Of a stretch of DNA of 64,000 bases, positions 25,035 to 37,900 are shown piece after piece (within the stretch, counting starts at the first letter, position 1; each line of letters begins with the position of its first letter). The translations under genes and the position numbers were made by a program. Below the pieces are notes generated by a model. That model was not told the origin of the DNA. It made no database searches and was given only the letters and a program-made list of their open reading frames with translations. Source of the DNA: Bigelowiella natans CCMP2755 (Eukaryota > Protista > Cercozoa); the NCBI GenBank assembly GCA_000320545.1, contig ADNK01000862.1, positions 124,001 through 188,000 of the forward strand, read 5' to 3'.

Positions 25035-25845
25035 TATCTTGAAATTTGTGCCGATTTTCCTGCAGCAGCGTAGATCAGATGAGAATGACGGAAATGGGTA
25101 AGAGATTCTCTCTCATCGTCTTTCGCCTTCGCCTTTGTTCTGTCTCCACAGTACACGTATACTCGTAATGATCCACTCACATCACTACGTTAGGAGGTTC
25201 ATCCCGGAACAATTTCTGTCCCGATTTCATGTAGTGTGTGGTCTCTACTTCCACATCGCTCGAGCTCATGTTTTTCTTCACTTCGCGGTTTGAGATGAGC
25301 TGGTCGACGACCCAGAAGAACATGACATTGCAGAGGAATGGCGCGACGATCATAATCATCACTAGCTTTAACTTAGGGTTAGGATCCATCCAGAAGAACA
25401 TTGCGTGCCCAAGCTGATCTATTTGGGGAGCCAAAACGAACTCGCACGCAGATAAAATCAGCTTCACGGCGACCATCAAGAACGAAAACCCGATTAACTG
25501 CAGGAAGAACGGCGACCACTCGTTAGGTTCGCCGTAGTGGCCACATTGCCGTGAGGAAAGTTGATACCTATGAAGTAGGCAAACAACATTTAATTTATAT
25601 TACAATTGTGTGTGTGTATTTTGTATGTATGTTTAGTGTGAGTTGAATATGTGTGAAATATGAATCACCTTTGCACTGCCTTTTCATATGGTTTTAGGAG
25701 GAGCCAAACGAGCACTACGCCAAAGAAGATATCGACGCAGAAGTTGACGAAGTACACGTCGCACTCATCGGCTTTGGTTGTGCCGCCACCCCATATTAAC
25801 AACTTGGCTGCAATAAAGAAACGAGGTAAACATCAGATTTTATTT

Positions 25846-25887
<42 letters not shown>

Positions 25888-26900
25888 ATGCTTAGTACAC
25901 AGGGACTCCCAGTACACAGGGACTCCCAAACTTCAGAGATGAAGTGAGGGGTGGATTTAGTGAGTTATTAAAGTTAATTAAAACTTACCTAGGAAAATGT
26001 TGAAGAAGTGGATAGTGACACCGCTAACAGCTTGCTTGGTCGTGTCGAACACGAAGGATCGGATATCCCTAGAGTATTGTACAGATTATTAGATACATAA
26101 TATGAAATGTAGATGTGCGTGCATGTGAGTGCATGTGTGTATGTGGGTGTGTGTGAAGGTTATAAGAATCCTTCATCCTGAGCGTACCTCTCTGTATTTT
26201 CGAATTTAAACTTGATCCATAGAGTAGCAAATGCTGAAAAGCCCAAGATTCCTTGAATCTAGAATTTTGTAAAAATTGGTCATTACATTAGCCCCAGTGT
26301 ACACCGCAGAAATTCAGTTTTTGATATAATCACTTATCTCACCAAGTAGTCAAAGGCAGAGGAAAGAAGCCGACATCTGATATTTTAGAAGAGTTGGAAT
26401 TAGCCACAACAAACGCAGGTAACTTTATAAGACATTATTCAATTTCAAAATTTTATCCTAACCTTGCTGGCTCAACTCCTCTTTCATTCATAACCGATTC
26501 AGGACTGGAGAAGACTCCGCTCGGTGAACTTCCTTCAAGAGTATTGAGCACCTCATGCTCGATGTTTTGCAATCCCCCCACCTTTGAATATACAATCATT
26601 TTTTCGGGTGAAATATTGAGGAGGCTTTTATATTGCGCCTCATTGTGGAGCAAATGTGGTCCGCTTCACAGGTTCTACTATTTCTAAAAAATACTTGAAC
26701 ATTACCAGCGGCATCGACATCGCTAAGATGGTAGCAAACAGCACGGGAAGGCCCGGCTTACATAATTTCCCAACTTTAAGTTGCAGCATCCCTGCTTCGT
26801 CCGTCTGTTTTCTTCCCTCGTGCTGTGGTCAGGGAGATGGGGGCTAGATGGACCTTACCAACACGATTTAAGACTAGGTTGTGTAGCTTGCTGAATGAAA
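25035..26900 (-). CDS. STIMATE/TMEM110 (YPL162C-like) multi-pass membrane protein, multi-exon; ends approximate
   Basis: Spliced segments IQGILGFSAFATLWIKFKFE, FVFDTTKQAVSGVTIHFFN, DECDVYFVNFCVDIFFGV, GHYGEP and LVMIMIVAPFLCNVMFFWVVD match the family pattern. Confidence 0.8.
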
Positions 26901-28175
26901 CTTACCGTATTTTAGATGTATTACTGAAAAACCCATTCCTTATTACCTTGCGACAACATCTATCTTCTAAATATGAGAAATGATAACTGGGATACTTCGG
27001 TATGAAGGAATATCGTTAATGGTTGGAATTTTCGCAAAGCTTTTGTAGGTCAAGTGTTGTGATCTTGCTTATTGTAAATAGAAGATTGCAAATCTTAGAT
27101 ATTTATGCGATAAATATTTACCTCGCATCAATCAAGAAAAGCGGTGTGAAATCCTCTCAAAACAAAATTCGAGTGCCATTTCATCAGATATTCGCACTTA
27201 TTTGGCTGAGTTAGATCTTTACCGTAACGTGATCCAAGATGAAAAAGGCGACAACCATGTCTAAATATTTATGCGAAAAAAATGGAAAATCACGCATATT
27301 ATTCTATAATCTTTCTTTTGAAATGAAATATTGTAAGAAATGACAAGTAGAAAGCCCGCGCTGTTGTGAAATTACGTCTTAGGCTTAAGCAATTTTCAAA
27401 TAATGGGATTTTGTTCCAGAATTCAATGATATTACCCTTATCTTACATAAAACCTACTACATTTGTCATTGTCATTTGAACACCAACTTCGCAAGAAATG
27501 TGCCAAATGAACAGCCTTGGTAGATCTAGTTCAATTAATTCAGGTAAAATCAGTATAAATGAACAAGATGAACACCACAATGTCCATTTCTGTGAAAACA
27601 AAACTCATCGAAATCCATTTCATGCCAAATCAGTGACAATCTCTCCAAGCACGCACACTCATACAATTAATCTCATTGAGACATAACAAAGAGGATGTCG
27701 TTATATAAAAATTAAGGGTAGATAATCCTATCATATTATTTATTGTCGTAGGACGTGATACCCCTCACATTATTATTATTTTAGGTTGTTTAAAATGGGC
27801 AAAATTGGGATGCGGCTCGAAGTAACTCTGGAGATCTCTGGGATCTCAAAGGTTGGGGTGTTGTTTCTGTTGTTTTTTCACACGGTTCGGAATGGCGGTC
27901 TACACGTGGAGTGAGAAACGCCAGTAACGCACACGAGCCATTCCAAGAGTAGGAGCTAAGACCTGAATAGGGGCTTGTGCAACATGGCCAGCGAGCAGTA
28001 TATTGAAAAACAGGTAGTCGACCGAAATTGAGAGCTACAATTCGTGGATCGAACATAGTCAGAATAGGAGTTAGGGGGAATTAAGATTGGTGGATAAATT
28101 TTAGGTTGGGATCTTCCAAGAAGGGTTGGACCAAATCCTGAGCTCGTACGACCGAGCTAGAAAGAATCCGAAAAC

Positions 28176-31100
28176 ATGCTCAGGTAAAGAACTGGCATCA
28201 CCGACTAATTCCATGTAGCCCATTGGCCATCATCTAGAAGACAAACTAAGTGTTTCTTTTTGTTACATTAGTTGGATTCGGAATCCAGAGCTCGAACGCA
28301 GCAATCAACATACGACGAAGACTGAAAGTATGGCTGAAGAAAAATACATATGATCTTGACAAAAAAATCAAGGGTGGGCCTTATGAAGCAGCAATGCGTT
28401 TCGCAGCTGAGAGACTGTACAGGTGAGAGCTGAGATGATGCAGTTGGCTGCACACTGGATTTATGAGATTTATTTTTCGTTGATTCCGTTAGATTGAGGG
28501 CTTACAGCGAAGCAAGGCAATGCTATGGGATGATACTGAGGAGCTTCTTATCTGTATGAAACTTAATCTATATCGTTTCACAAGACCTCTACACCCTGCC
28601 CCTTCATATATTCATGAAAATCATAATTCGATCATGTTTCATGCTCGCATTCCCATGTAAGAATATAAATTGATTATGTACACTTGTAGCGCACTGACGA
28701 CTTCAGCGTCGTTTCCACCCTGGATATCGTCCGGTCAATAGAGGCGAAAATTGCAGAGGAGAAGAAGAGCAAGGGACAGCTTCAGGACCTTAAGTATTTC
28801 CTCTAACAATCATAATGCAATTCACAATTTTCTTTTATTAAGAAAATCTTGCTCCAAACAAAATATAATAGAAAATTATCGGGGGCGCTGTTCATGAGGG
28901 CAATGTCTGCGTTCTACGACACGATTTCGGAAGACCCAAACCTGTTGGAGCAGAGAAACTTCGATGCTGTTATGGGTAAGTGCTATATATAACCGTTTGT
29001 TAATCTTCTATTCCCTTATCCCAGTGATTTTTTATTTTAGCATGCCTTGAAGCTATAAGACACACCATACAGCTAATTCTCAATGTGGGTGATGAAGAAC
29101 ACTGTCATCTGCTCTACAATGGGAGCTGCCATATGTTCGAACTTGTGAATGCAATGACGCCCTTCAGTCGTCCACTGAAGATCGTTGAGTTTCTCACCTT
29201 TAGCGTGATAAGCATAGAGACCAGTGTTCCCCTTCTCACCGCGAGGTACGTGCCCTGGCGCACTCGACTCTACATCGCTATCGCCAAGCTATACCATCAA
29301 GCCGGGAAAATTCAAGCCGCACTAAATACGATTACATCCGAGAAGTATGGAGGATTGCCCAAGGTGCTGAATCTGAAATCTCTAGAGAACATCGACGGTA
29401 ATATCCCAATACAGAAGGCCTACACAATAGACATGTGCCAGCGTGCGCTCGAGAGCGAGAAGTTTAAGTACACTGCCCTGCTCGAGGCACCGGACAAAGA
29501 TAAGATAAAAACGATGATCACTGGGTTCTGCAAGACGGAGCAGCATGCGATATATACCCTCGCACAGACGTGTGTTGATCCACGCAGGAAGATTGTCCTT
29601 AATAAATTTGCTGGGTTCGGAAAACATCCGAGCTTTGACCAGGCGAATCCATATGAAGACGAGCAAACGGCCCTGACAAGGCTTGTCGATGCCGCTTTCG
29701 AGCGCGCCATGCCGTTCCTCAAAAAGCTCGCTTCCTACTTGCTGCCTGACTATAAAACAGGGGACGATGAGGACGAAGGCGCACCCAAGATGAAAATAAC
29801 TCACTACGAAGCCCAAAAGTTTGAGCGCAACGTACCACTTACCACGCACATGAGTCTGGTCCGCAGCGCCTTTTCTGTACGAGCATGGGCACAATTTAAG
29901 GAGTTGGTCGAGATTGCATTGATCCGTCTGGATCAGCACGAATATCTGAGCAGCCTCGTCATTCAGAAGATCCTGCCCATCGAACAAGTAACAGCGGAGG
30001 ATATTGCCGCGTGGCAATACGAGTGCCACATGCTCCAAAGTCTTGCACCCATGTGCGACTGTAAGGTGGATGAGGAGAGCGCGCTCAAACTTATTGAAAG
30101 TATGAACGCAGCACTCAAGGGGAATGTGGCGCTCCAGCGTCACGGTGAGATATACGAAGACACTGCGTACTTTCTCTGGACCCTACCAGTGAAAGTATGG
30201 ATCCGACAGCTCAACAAGCTCGAACTTGCATTAAATTCCAAAGAGACTCCAGCGAACGAGGTTGGCGGCTTGAGAGAGAAATGGAGCAGTAAACGCGATC
30301 TCTTGGTCAAGTCCTTGATGGCTATGCATGAGACTTTCCATCGCCTCGACTATGCAGACGCTCTGGCTCGCTGCGGCGTCGCTTTGGAGGTGGTGGAGCT
30401 CCTGCAGCTCTGCAAGAACGTCAAAGGGCGCAGACGGGCGCAGCGCGTCTGCGAGGAAACTCTGCATTTTATTCAGAAGAAAAGTAGTGCCGACGTAATC
30501 CGACTGACAAAAATTGATGGGTTTGGCCTTGTAAAGTGCATCAGATCAGACTTTGATATGCGAGTGAGAATCCCTCCATTCCACCCCCTGCTCCCGAGAA
30601 CCCAGGCGAGTCGTGTTCAGCGCGACCTTCCCGTGCCGACCTCACGAGCAGCCAACATGCTAGCTTCGTATCACACTTCGCTACTTTTTAAATACTTCAA
30701 GCTCACACTGGCAGTTGGATTCGATAGGGCAACGAAGAAAGCCAGGACAGAGTAAGATTTCTCTTCTGTTTTGAGCCAGATATTCATGATGATAGTAGTA
30801 GTTTCGTAGTAGCTATTTGAGGCTTTCATAAGATATTCTACTGTCTCTCGTTCTCTCTCTCGCTCTCTCCTTTGTAACTTGTAACTATTCTCTCCAAATA
30901 TCCAATCCTTATTCATGTACCATTGGTCCTTGTTCGTCCTAGGTACAAGACATTAGTTGACGAGCAGACCTACATGGCACCATTCAAATCGACCTTCCAT
31001 CCGATGACTGCGCAGCTGAAGCTTCCGGAGACATCAAAGAGCATCGAGAACCATCTCATTAAGCTCTGTGGCACAAATAGCACCTGGAAGGCGCTACTGT

Positions 31101-34100
31101 TTATCCAGATTGCATCATTCCGCCGCGAATGTCACGAGCAGCATGAGCTCCTGCTAAAGGCCTCTCAGTGCCTTCGTGCCGCTGAGGAGGAGGAGCGACA
31201 TATGCTCACGCGCGTGGGTATATCATTGGTAGATACAAGAGAAACTCCGACATTCGCCCAGCAGTTTCTGCTTAAACGGCCCACGCCTCCGAGACATGCT
31301 GAAGTAGAAATTGAGAAGATTGTGCATTCATCAGAAGGAGATGAGGCAGGCAAGGGAGACGAATACGACAGAAAGTCGTCGTCGAAGATTCTTCCGGCGC
31401 CATTGCTGGTGACACGGAGTTTGTACAGCGTTGTCCTACGGCCTATCATTCCGCAGTGGTACATCAACCGGTTTCGTCTTCGCGGGTTCATCGTGTATGG
31501 TAAAGAAGCGAGCACGGGGACCAACGTTTCTCAAATCGACTGCGAGCTCCTTGGGACTGGAGTCGAGCACCAGCTGCCGCCCAAAGGTGCCAACATGGTA
31601 GATGTGGAAGTATCATGCCTGGATATCAACACCCCTTACTCATTCGCCGTGGTTGGGGTGAACAAAGACGGCGAGATCGTGGCGGACCGTGGGGCCATCG
31701 GAGCGACATCCAAGCCAATCCAAACTGCCCTTCCCGTACCGCTGCATACGTGCTGGGGGTTTCTAGCGGTCGCGGCGGCCAAGGCGAACTACCCAGCGGT
31801 AGCGGGATTTCTGGATAAAGCTCTTCATCGCTTCGCCCGCGGACGGTGCCAGGTTGAATGCATACCGACCGCTTGGAAGGACCGCCTGCACTTCCAAATG
31901 CTGGATTCTCGGGCCATTTACCTCGCTCCAGAGCCCAACCTGCACCTTCTGGTGAAGCTGCTGCTGTTGCGCTCTGACACATACGATTCCAAAGTGCCCT
32001 CCCTCAAGAGCGGTAAATATGTGTCGCCTATCGGACACGTCGAGGGCCACGTGCTTAGACAGGCCCGCCCCCTCCTTCTGGCGCTCCAGGTGGCCATGGT
32101 CGCCCGAGACGAGGAAGTCGCGAGTAGTATCATCGAGCGCATCTACAACCATATCGTGCAGATATTACCGGATTGCGAGCGATCGGGGTTGGGCCAAGCC
32201 ACCCTTCAGGTCCTCATTCCATGTTATATCGGCGCTTCCTTGATCCGCGAGAAGATGGCACCGAGAGATTGGACAGAGTCCTTCAACGCCGCTACAGCAC
32301 GTGTGCTGTTCGAGCTTACCAAGCTTTATCGAGGACTCGGCGAGTCGTCATCCCAAGGGGATAAGGATAGTAATATTATGACCCGTTTCATCAAACGCCA
32401 TCTCTCGCACCTACAGAGGGCCTCTATCGAGGATGAGAAGGAAGCGGCGGCTGCCAAGGAGAAGGCTGCAAAGCTCCAAGAGGACTTTAAGAAGCGCCGA
32501 GCAGAGGCACTTGAGGAAGCCAAGCAGGAAATTGAAGCTATCCAAAAGGAGCGAGAAGAAGAGAAGAAGAAGCGGGAGGAGGCAGGGGGAGGCAAGAACG
32601 ATGAAGAAGAGCATGAGGACGACGATATGCTTACAGCGGAGGAAATTGCCGCACAGCGCGTACCGGACGTTGATATATCCTTCGACCCAGACCGCCGCAG
32701 CTGCTATCGGTGCATATCTGAAGACAGGGCGCTTGCCATCTTCCTCATTCTCCTTGACAATGAAGCACTCAGCAAGGAAGGTAGCGAGCTCTGCAAGGTC
32801 AGTTGGGCCTCATGGTTGCGATTTAGCAAGAATACCCTGCGTGCCGCAGGCTTCGACGAGAGACTTGAGGGTTGGAAAATGAAGAAAAACGAGGGAGAAG
32901 ATGACTTTGAGGCCCAGATATTCGAAGCGATGCAGAAGGCAACTAGAACTGGCGGTGGGAAAGAGGGTACCCTGGACGATGTACACGCCAAATTGTCACA
33001 GAAGAAGGAACATGTGCAATACCCCATGCTCCTTGCGAGGCTCTGCAGCACCCTGCTTCTCACTTCCACCGATTCAGTGGAAGGGGACGCTGCCTCCTCA
33101 ACCTACTCCAAGGCTTTAGGATGGCTCCAAGGGCAGAACGGTGGTGATAGTAATGTACCCCCCCTCCAGCTTCAAAACCCTTCTCTGCGCTACGATGCAC
33201 TTGCTGCGGTTCACGAGCAGATAAAACGTGTCGTAGCAGAGCATGGGCCATGCACACCCACTGTAGCGATTGATACGGGAGTGAGCTCGTCGGACTGGAT
33301 GCACAACTTCGTGGTTACCGGGCGCGTAAAGCCGACCTTCGACCCAGCCGGTATCGTGCACAAGTGCGGACCAAGCTCCGACGACCCCAATGGTGGAGGC
33401 TTCTTGCTGGTGTTTCGCAAAGGCCACCTCTGCTTCAGGTTCGCAGGGCAGCCATGGATCAAGGGACCAGCCATGAACATGGGGGAATGGAACAATTTCT
33501 CCTGCGAGTACAACCGAACCCACCTCACGCTCACGTGCAATGCGACCTCAAGCAAGGCTGAGGCTGGCCTGATCGCCTTCAACACCGTGCAGCTCCGCTT
33601 CGCCTTGGGAGACTTTGGAAAGCATTTTCGCGGTGAGATTCATGGAATCAAACTCGTCCGCGGCGAGACGATGGCTCATCAGCAGACAGCAACAGCCGAT
33701 GTCGAGGAGAAAGAAAAAGAGGAGGAAAAGAAAGATGGAGAGGAAAGCAAAGACAACGCAGAGAAGACAACGCAGAAACTGACAGCATACCAACTACTGT
33801 GGTTGAGTGAAATCGAGCGCCTTAAAGCCATTTGCTCACAGGAGAAGCTTATTCGCCTTCGCTGCACCAACCGGCAAGCTCTTTGGGAGATCGTAAAGGC
33901 TAGTGGAGACTCGACGGCAGCGGTAGATGAAGGCGACAAGAAGAAGGGAGGAAGCGATGGAAAAAGTGAGGGCTCAAACGAGGAGATCCCGTCCAAAGGG
34001 CAGATTCTTAGCACTCTCGTCTACGGGTGTGTTGGCATCGACGAGCACGTGGACTGGGGCGCTCTTGAGTCCGATGACCTTGGCGTAGAGTGGCGTAAGA

Positions 34101-34892
34101 TGACCGATTTCGCTGCCTCCCACTCCCTCGCTCCACAGCGAGCGAAGAAAGAGAATAAAGATGGGGAAGGTGACCAGGATGCAGAGGGAAAAGGAGAAGA
34201 GAAGAAGACTGAGGAAGAGAAAAACGATGGAGATGGAGAAACGGCAGAAATGAAACAAGAAGACCCCGTCTCCAAAGCTGCAGCGATGAAGGAGCTTCTT
34301 CGCAAGAAGTTCAAACCGATGCATGTGGCGGAGGTCCTTGTGGCGATTGATATCTGGCGGAGCGCCTCCGTAGCCTGTATGGCTGCCAGCTCAGCACGTG
34401 CGTGGATTCAGCTACAGAATACGGTGCGTGTATTCTGGAACTCTATATCATCTATGCGAGCCAGACCCTACCGCGTGGCACAGCTTTCAAGGATAGAGGG
34501 TGCTCTCCGTCAGCAGGGGGGAAAGAAAGGAGATGAAAATGCTAAGAGCAATCATGCTGCGCCTGTTGTAGAGCACTTGCGAAGGATGGGCGAGGCAATC
34601 CTCGAAATGCTGGCTAGACTGTCGGCTGCAGCCGAAGAGGAGGAGAAGGAGGAGGAGATGGAAGGGGGGGAAGAAAGGAAGAAGCATGACAATCAAAACT
34701 CCCCCTCCACGTCATCAACCTGTTACCCTTCTATTGTTGTGCAAAATAGTCCAGAGTTCGCATCCGCCAGAGCCCGAGAGCTGGGGCCGTATCCGAGCGT
34801 TAATAATTCTGAGGAGAAGTTGCTCGGCAATAAGTGCAAGGTACTTGACTGCGTTTACTGGCACTTTCTTCCCTCACACTCTGTAGCAAAAC

Positions 34893-34953
<61 letters not shown>

Positions 34954-37900
34954 ACTTGAGTCACACGATGGCTCTGTTTATTTTGCGTAATCACCGTTGT
35001 TGTCGTTGTCGTCGTCGTCATCCTGTCTCTCAGATGTGGAAAGATGAGTGGCGACTCGCACAGCCAGGGCATGGAGAGCTTCAACTCAATGTTCTTCCTG
35101 ATGGCGCTAGCAGTGATGGCGGCGAAGAGGGGGGAAAGGAGAAGCAACAGCTCCCTTTTGTATGCCTAGGGATAAGTGGCGCCAAGTCTATAGGATCGAA
35201 TTCATATATCATTGAGATATCGGGTGGCTCCTGCAGGCTGCTACGTCAGTCCGTAGGTTACACTCCCCAGGAACGCGTAGTACTCAAGGAAGTTGGGTAC
35301 GGCGGCGATGACGACATCGATCTCAAAAGCGGAGGCACCGGCGGTCTCTTCTCCATCCGTGTCGACTCTGAGCGAGTTGTAGTTTCAGTGAGAAAGAGGA
35401 GTAGTTCTTCCTCTTCTGCTGCATCGCAATCATCGTCATCGTCGACATCGTCCGATGGGAGCAGTGGCTATCGCGAGTTGCTGACTTACACAAGCGCAGA
35501 GATCAAGGGAAAGCGGCTAACTTTCTTCTCCCTAGGCGGCAATGCGGTCGTCTACAAGCAAATTACCATGCTTCCCTCCACAGATCCTCTGCAAGTCGTT
35601 CCTTCGCATCCGAGGAAGCTGGAAGATTATCGGGTTGAACAGATATCTCTCAATAATCATCTCGTTACCGTGGAGGACTCAGCTGCTGTTCACTGGTTGC
35701 TAGAATGATTACTGATCCAATTGAGAATCGGAATGTTGATCTTTACATTTAGTGTCAATTGTAAACATCGCCCACAAATCAACATCATCGTCATCGTCAT
35801 CACCATCATCATCATCATCATCATCATCAATATCATCATTATCATTATCATCATTATCATCAACTCTAGATGTAGTAATGAACATTTTCACCATATAGGT
35901 ACACCAGCCATCCAACTCTGAGCCCGCAGCTGGAATGGATATCCAATGTAATCCTCTTCATTCTGGAGGTGCTGTTCCATGACGAGAGGTGGGAGCAGCT
36001 CGTTGAGCTAGGGTTGGCGTTCAACCACCTTACTGAGAATATTGAAGAACGTCGAGTGACCAAGCTGCTCGTCTTTGCGCAAAGAGAGCTCATGACACGA
36101 GCGACCGCGAAGCGGGATGAGTCGGCTTTCGAGCTGAAAGAGCTAACCGACAACATGGAGTCAAAAGAGAAGGCAATTCTGAAGAGGAAGCAGCAGCTTC
36201 GATCGCAGCGAGGGAAGAAAGAGCAGGACCGCCTTCTTGCTGAAGAACGCGCTGCCTTCGAGGCTAAACGCGCCGTCATCGTACCTGAGCTTGAGGCTCG
36301 AACGATCGTTTCCCGGCACGCTCAGGATACCTACCAGCAGTTCATCAATGAGGCAACAGTGATTGAGCGCGAGATGCGGAAGTTCCTTCTCGTGCTCGAG
36401 AAGGCGCGCTATTATCTTACGCAACACAGCACGCACAACATTGACCAAGCAGCGACGGCTATCGAAGGTTTCGGCGTTGCCACTATTATATCCGGCTCTG
36501 AGGGAGCAGGAGAAGAGAAAAGCGGCGGCAGCGTGGTCAGTGGGGCGACGCGGCCGGTAACAAAGGCCTCAACCATGACAGGGTGAGTGAGGAATGATTA
36601 GTCCCTCTTTTTTGCATCTCTATCCCTCCTGTTCTCTGCCATACATGCTCATGAATGTTCACGCGTATATACTCACACACGTATGCTACTCAGGACTCGG
36701 CCTTCATCTGCTGCCTTGGTATCGAGCGCGCGTGTCGCTCGGACGTACAAGCAGAGCATTCAACAGCTCCGCCAGAAGCGTGAGAGCGTGCTTATGTCAC
36801 GTGCGCTCCTTGAGCTTGGCTCATTCTTCTTCAGCAAAAATGAGATCGATTCCGCAAGCCAGCAGTGGAAAGCTGGTGTAGACTGCATCTTCCTCACGCT
36901 CGATGCAGCTTCTGTGAGGCGCAAGATCATGTACTCCTCTCCATCGTCCCTGATACCCGAGTTCGCATCGCATACCAGCAACACCGCCACCCAGACGCTC
37001 CCCATCTATCCGTTATATCTTGCTTTAGCAGGCCTCAGGCCGGAGGATGTTTTCGACAACGATGATGACAACGACTACTTCTTCTACCAGGACAGAGGCG
37101 GGACGCCTGAGGGAGGTAACAAGAAAGCTGATCAGGGACTTGTGGAGCGCTTTGGCTTCTGGAATTGCGTCACAGGAATGATGCTCCTTGCTACGGCGGC
37201 CAGCCATACGTGCGCAGAAAACGTGCAACAGCGCCTCGATAACGTACTATTCGGTGCCGCTCTGGGCGCCAGCCTCTTCGCCGGGTCACTGCAGCATCCA
37301 GTGCGATTGTGTGACTTCAAGGCACACAGCCAGCCGCTGGATCTCTGGCCTGGTTTTGGCCCACATCTATTCGCAGACGAATCACGACTCCGCGTTGGCC
37401 AGTTGATGGACACGTGCCGATTTCTTGCCGACGAGCTGGTGCGGGTGACGCTGCCTATCCGCGCATTGCCCATACTAAGTCTGTACTCCTACCTCTCATC
37501 CAGCATCTGCCGCAGCCTCATGGACCATCTCATCTCGCGTGTTCTCCGTTGCGAAGCACTCGTGGATGCCGGATTTCTCTCTGAAGTCTTTACAGAGTAT
37601 ACTGCTATCATACGGGGCGCCAATCTTCCGACCACCCTCCCGTTCCCAGGCGGCGGGGGGTTCTCTGTCCGAGAGATGCTGCTAGGAGAAGGGGCAGCAG
37701 AAGAAGGTCAGAAACAGCAGCAGCATAAGTACTGTGATGATCTAAGCCCAGGAGAGAATAAGGCAGCAGTTGACTGGCTCCTTGGGGGCGGCGACGAGAG
37801 CGGTGGTGCCGAACCTTCAGCAAAGATAAAAAAACTGTATGGGTCACTTCTTGTAAACCGTGTGCGTGCGGTGCGAGCTAAAATGCTTGCCAAGATTGCT

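Noticed and set aside
25894-25927. 17-bp tandem duplication agtacacagggactccc
   Set aside because: Only two adjacent copies in an intron with no spacer, so it is ordinary slippage and not a CRISPR or regulatory array.
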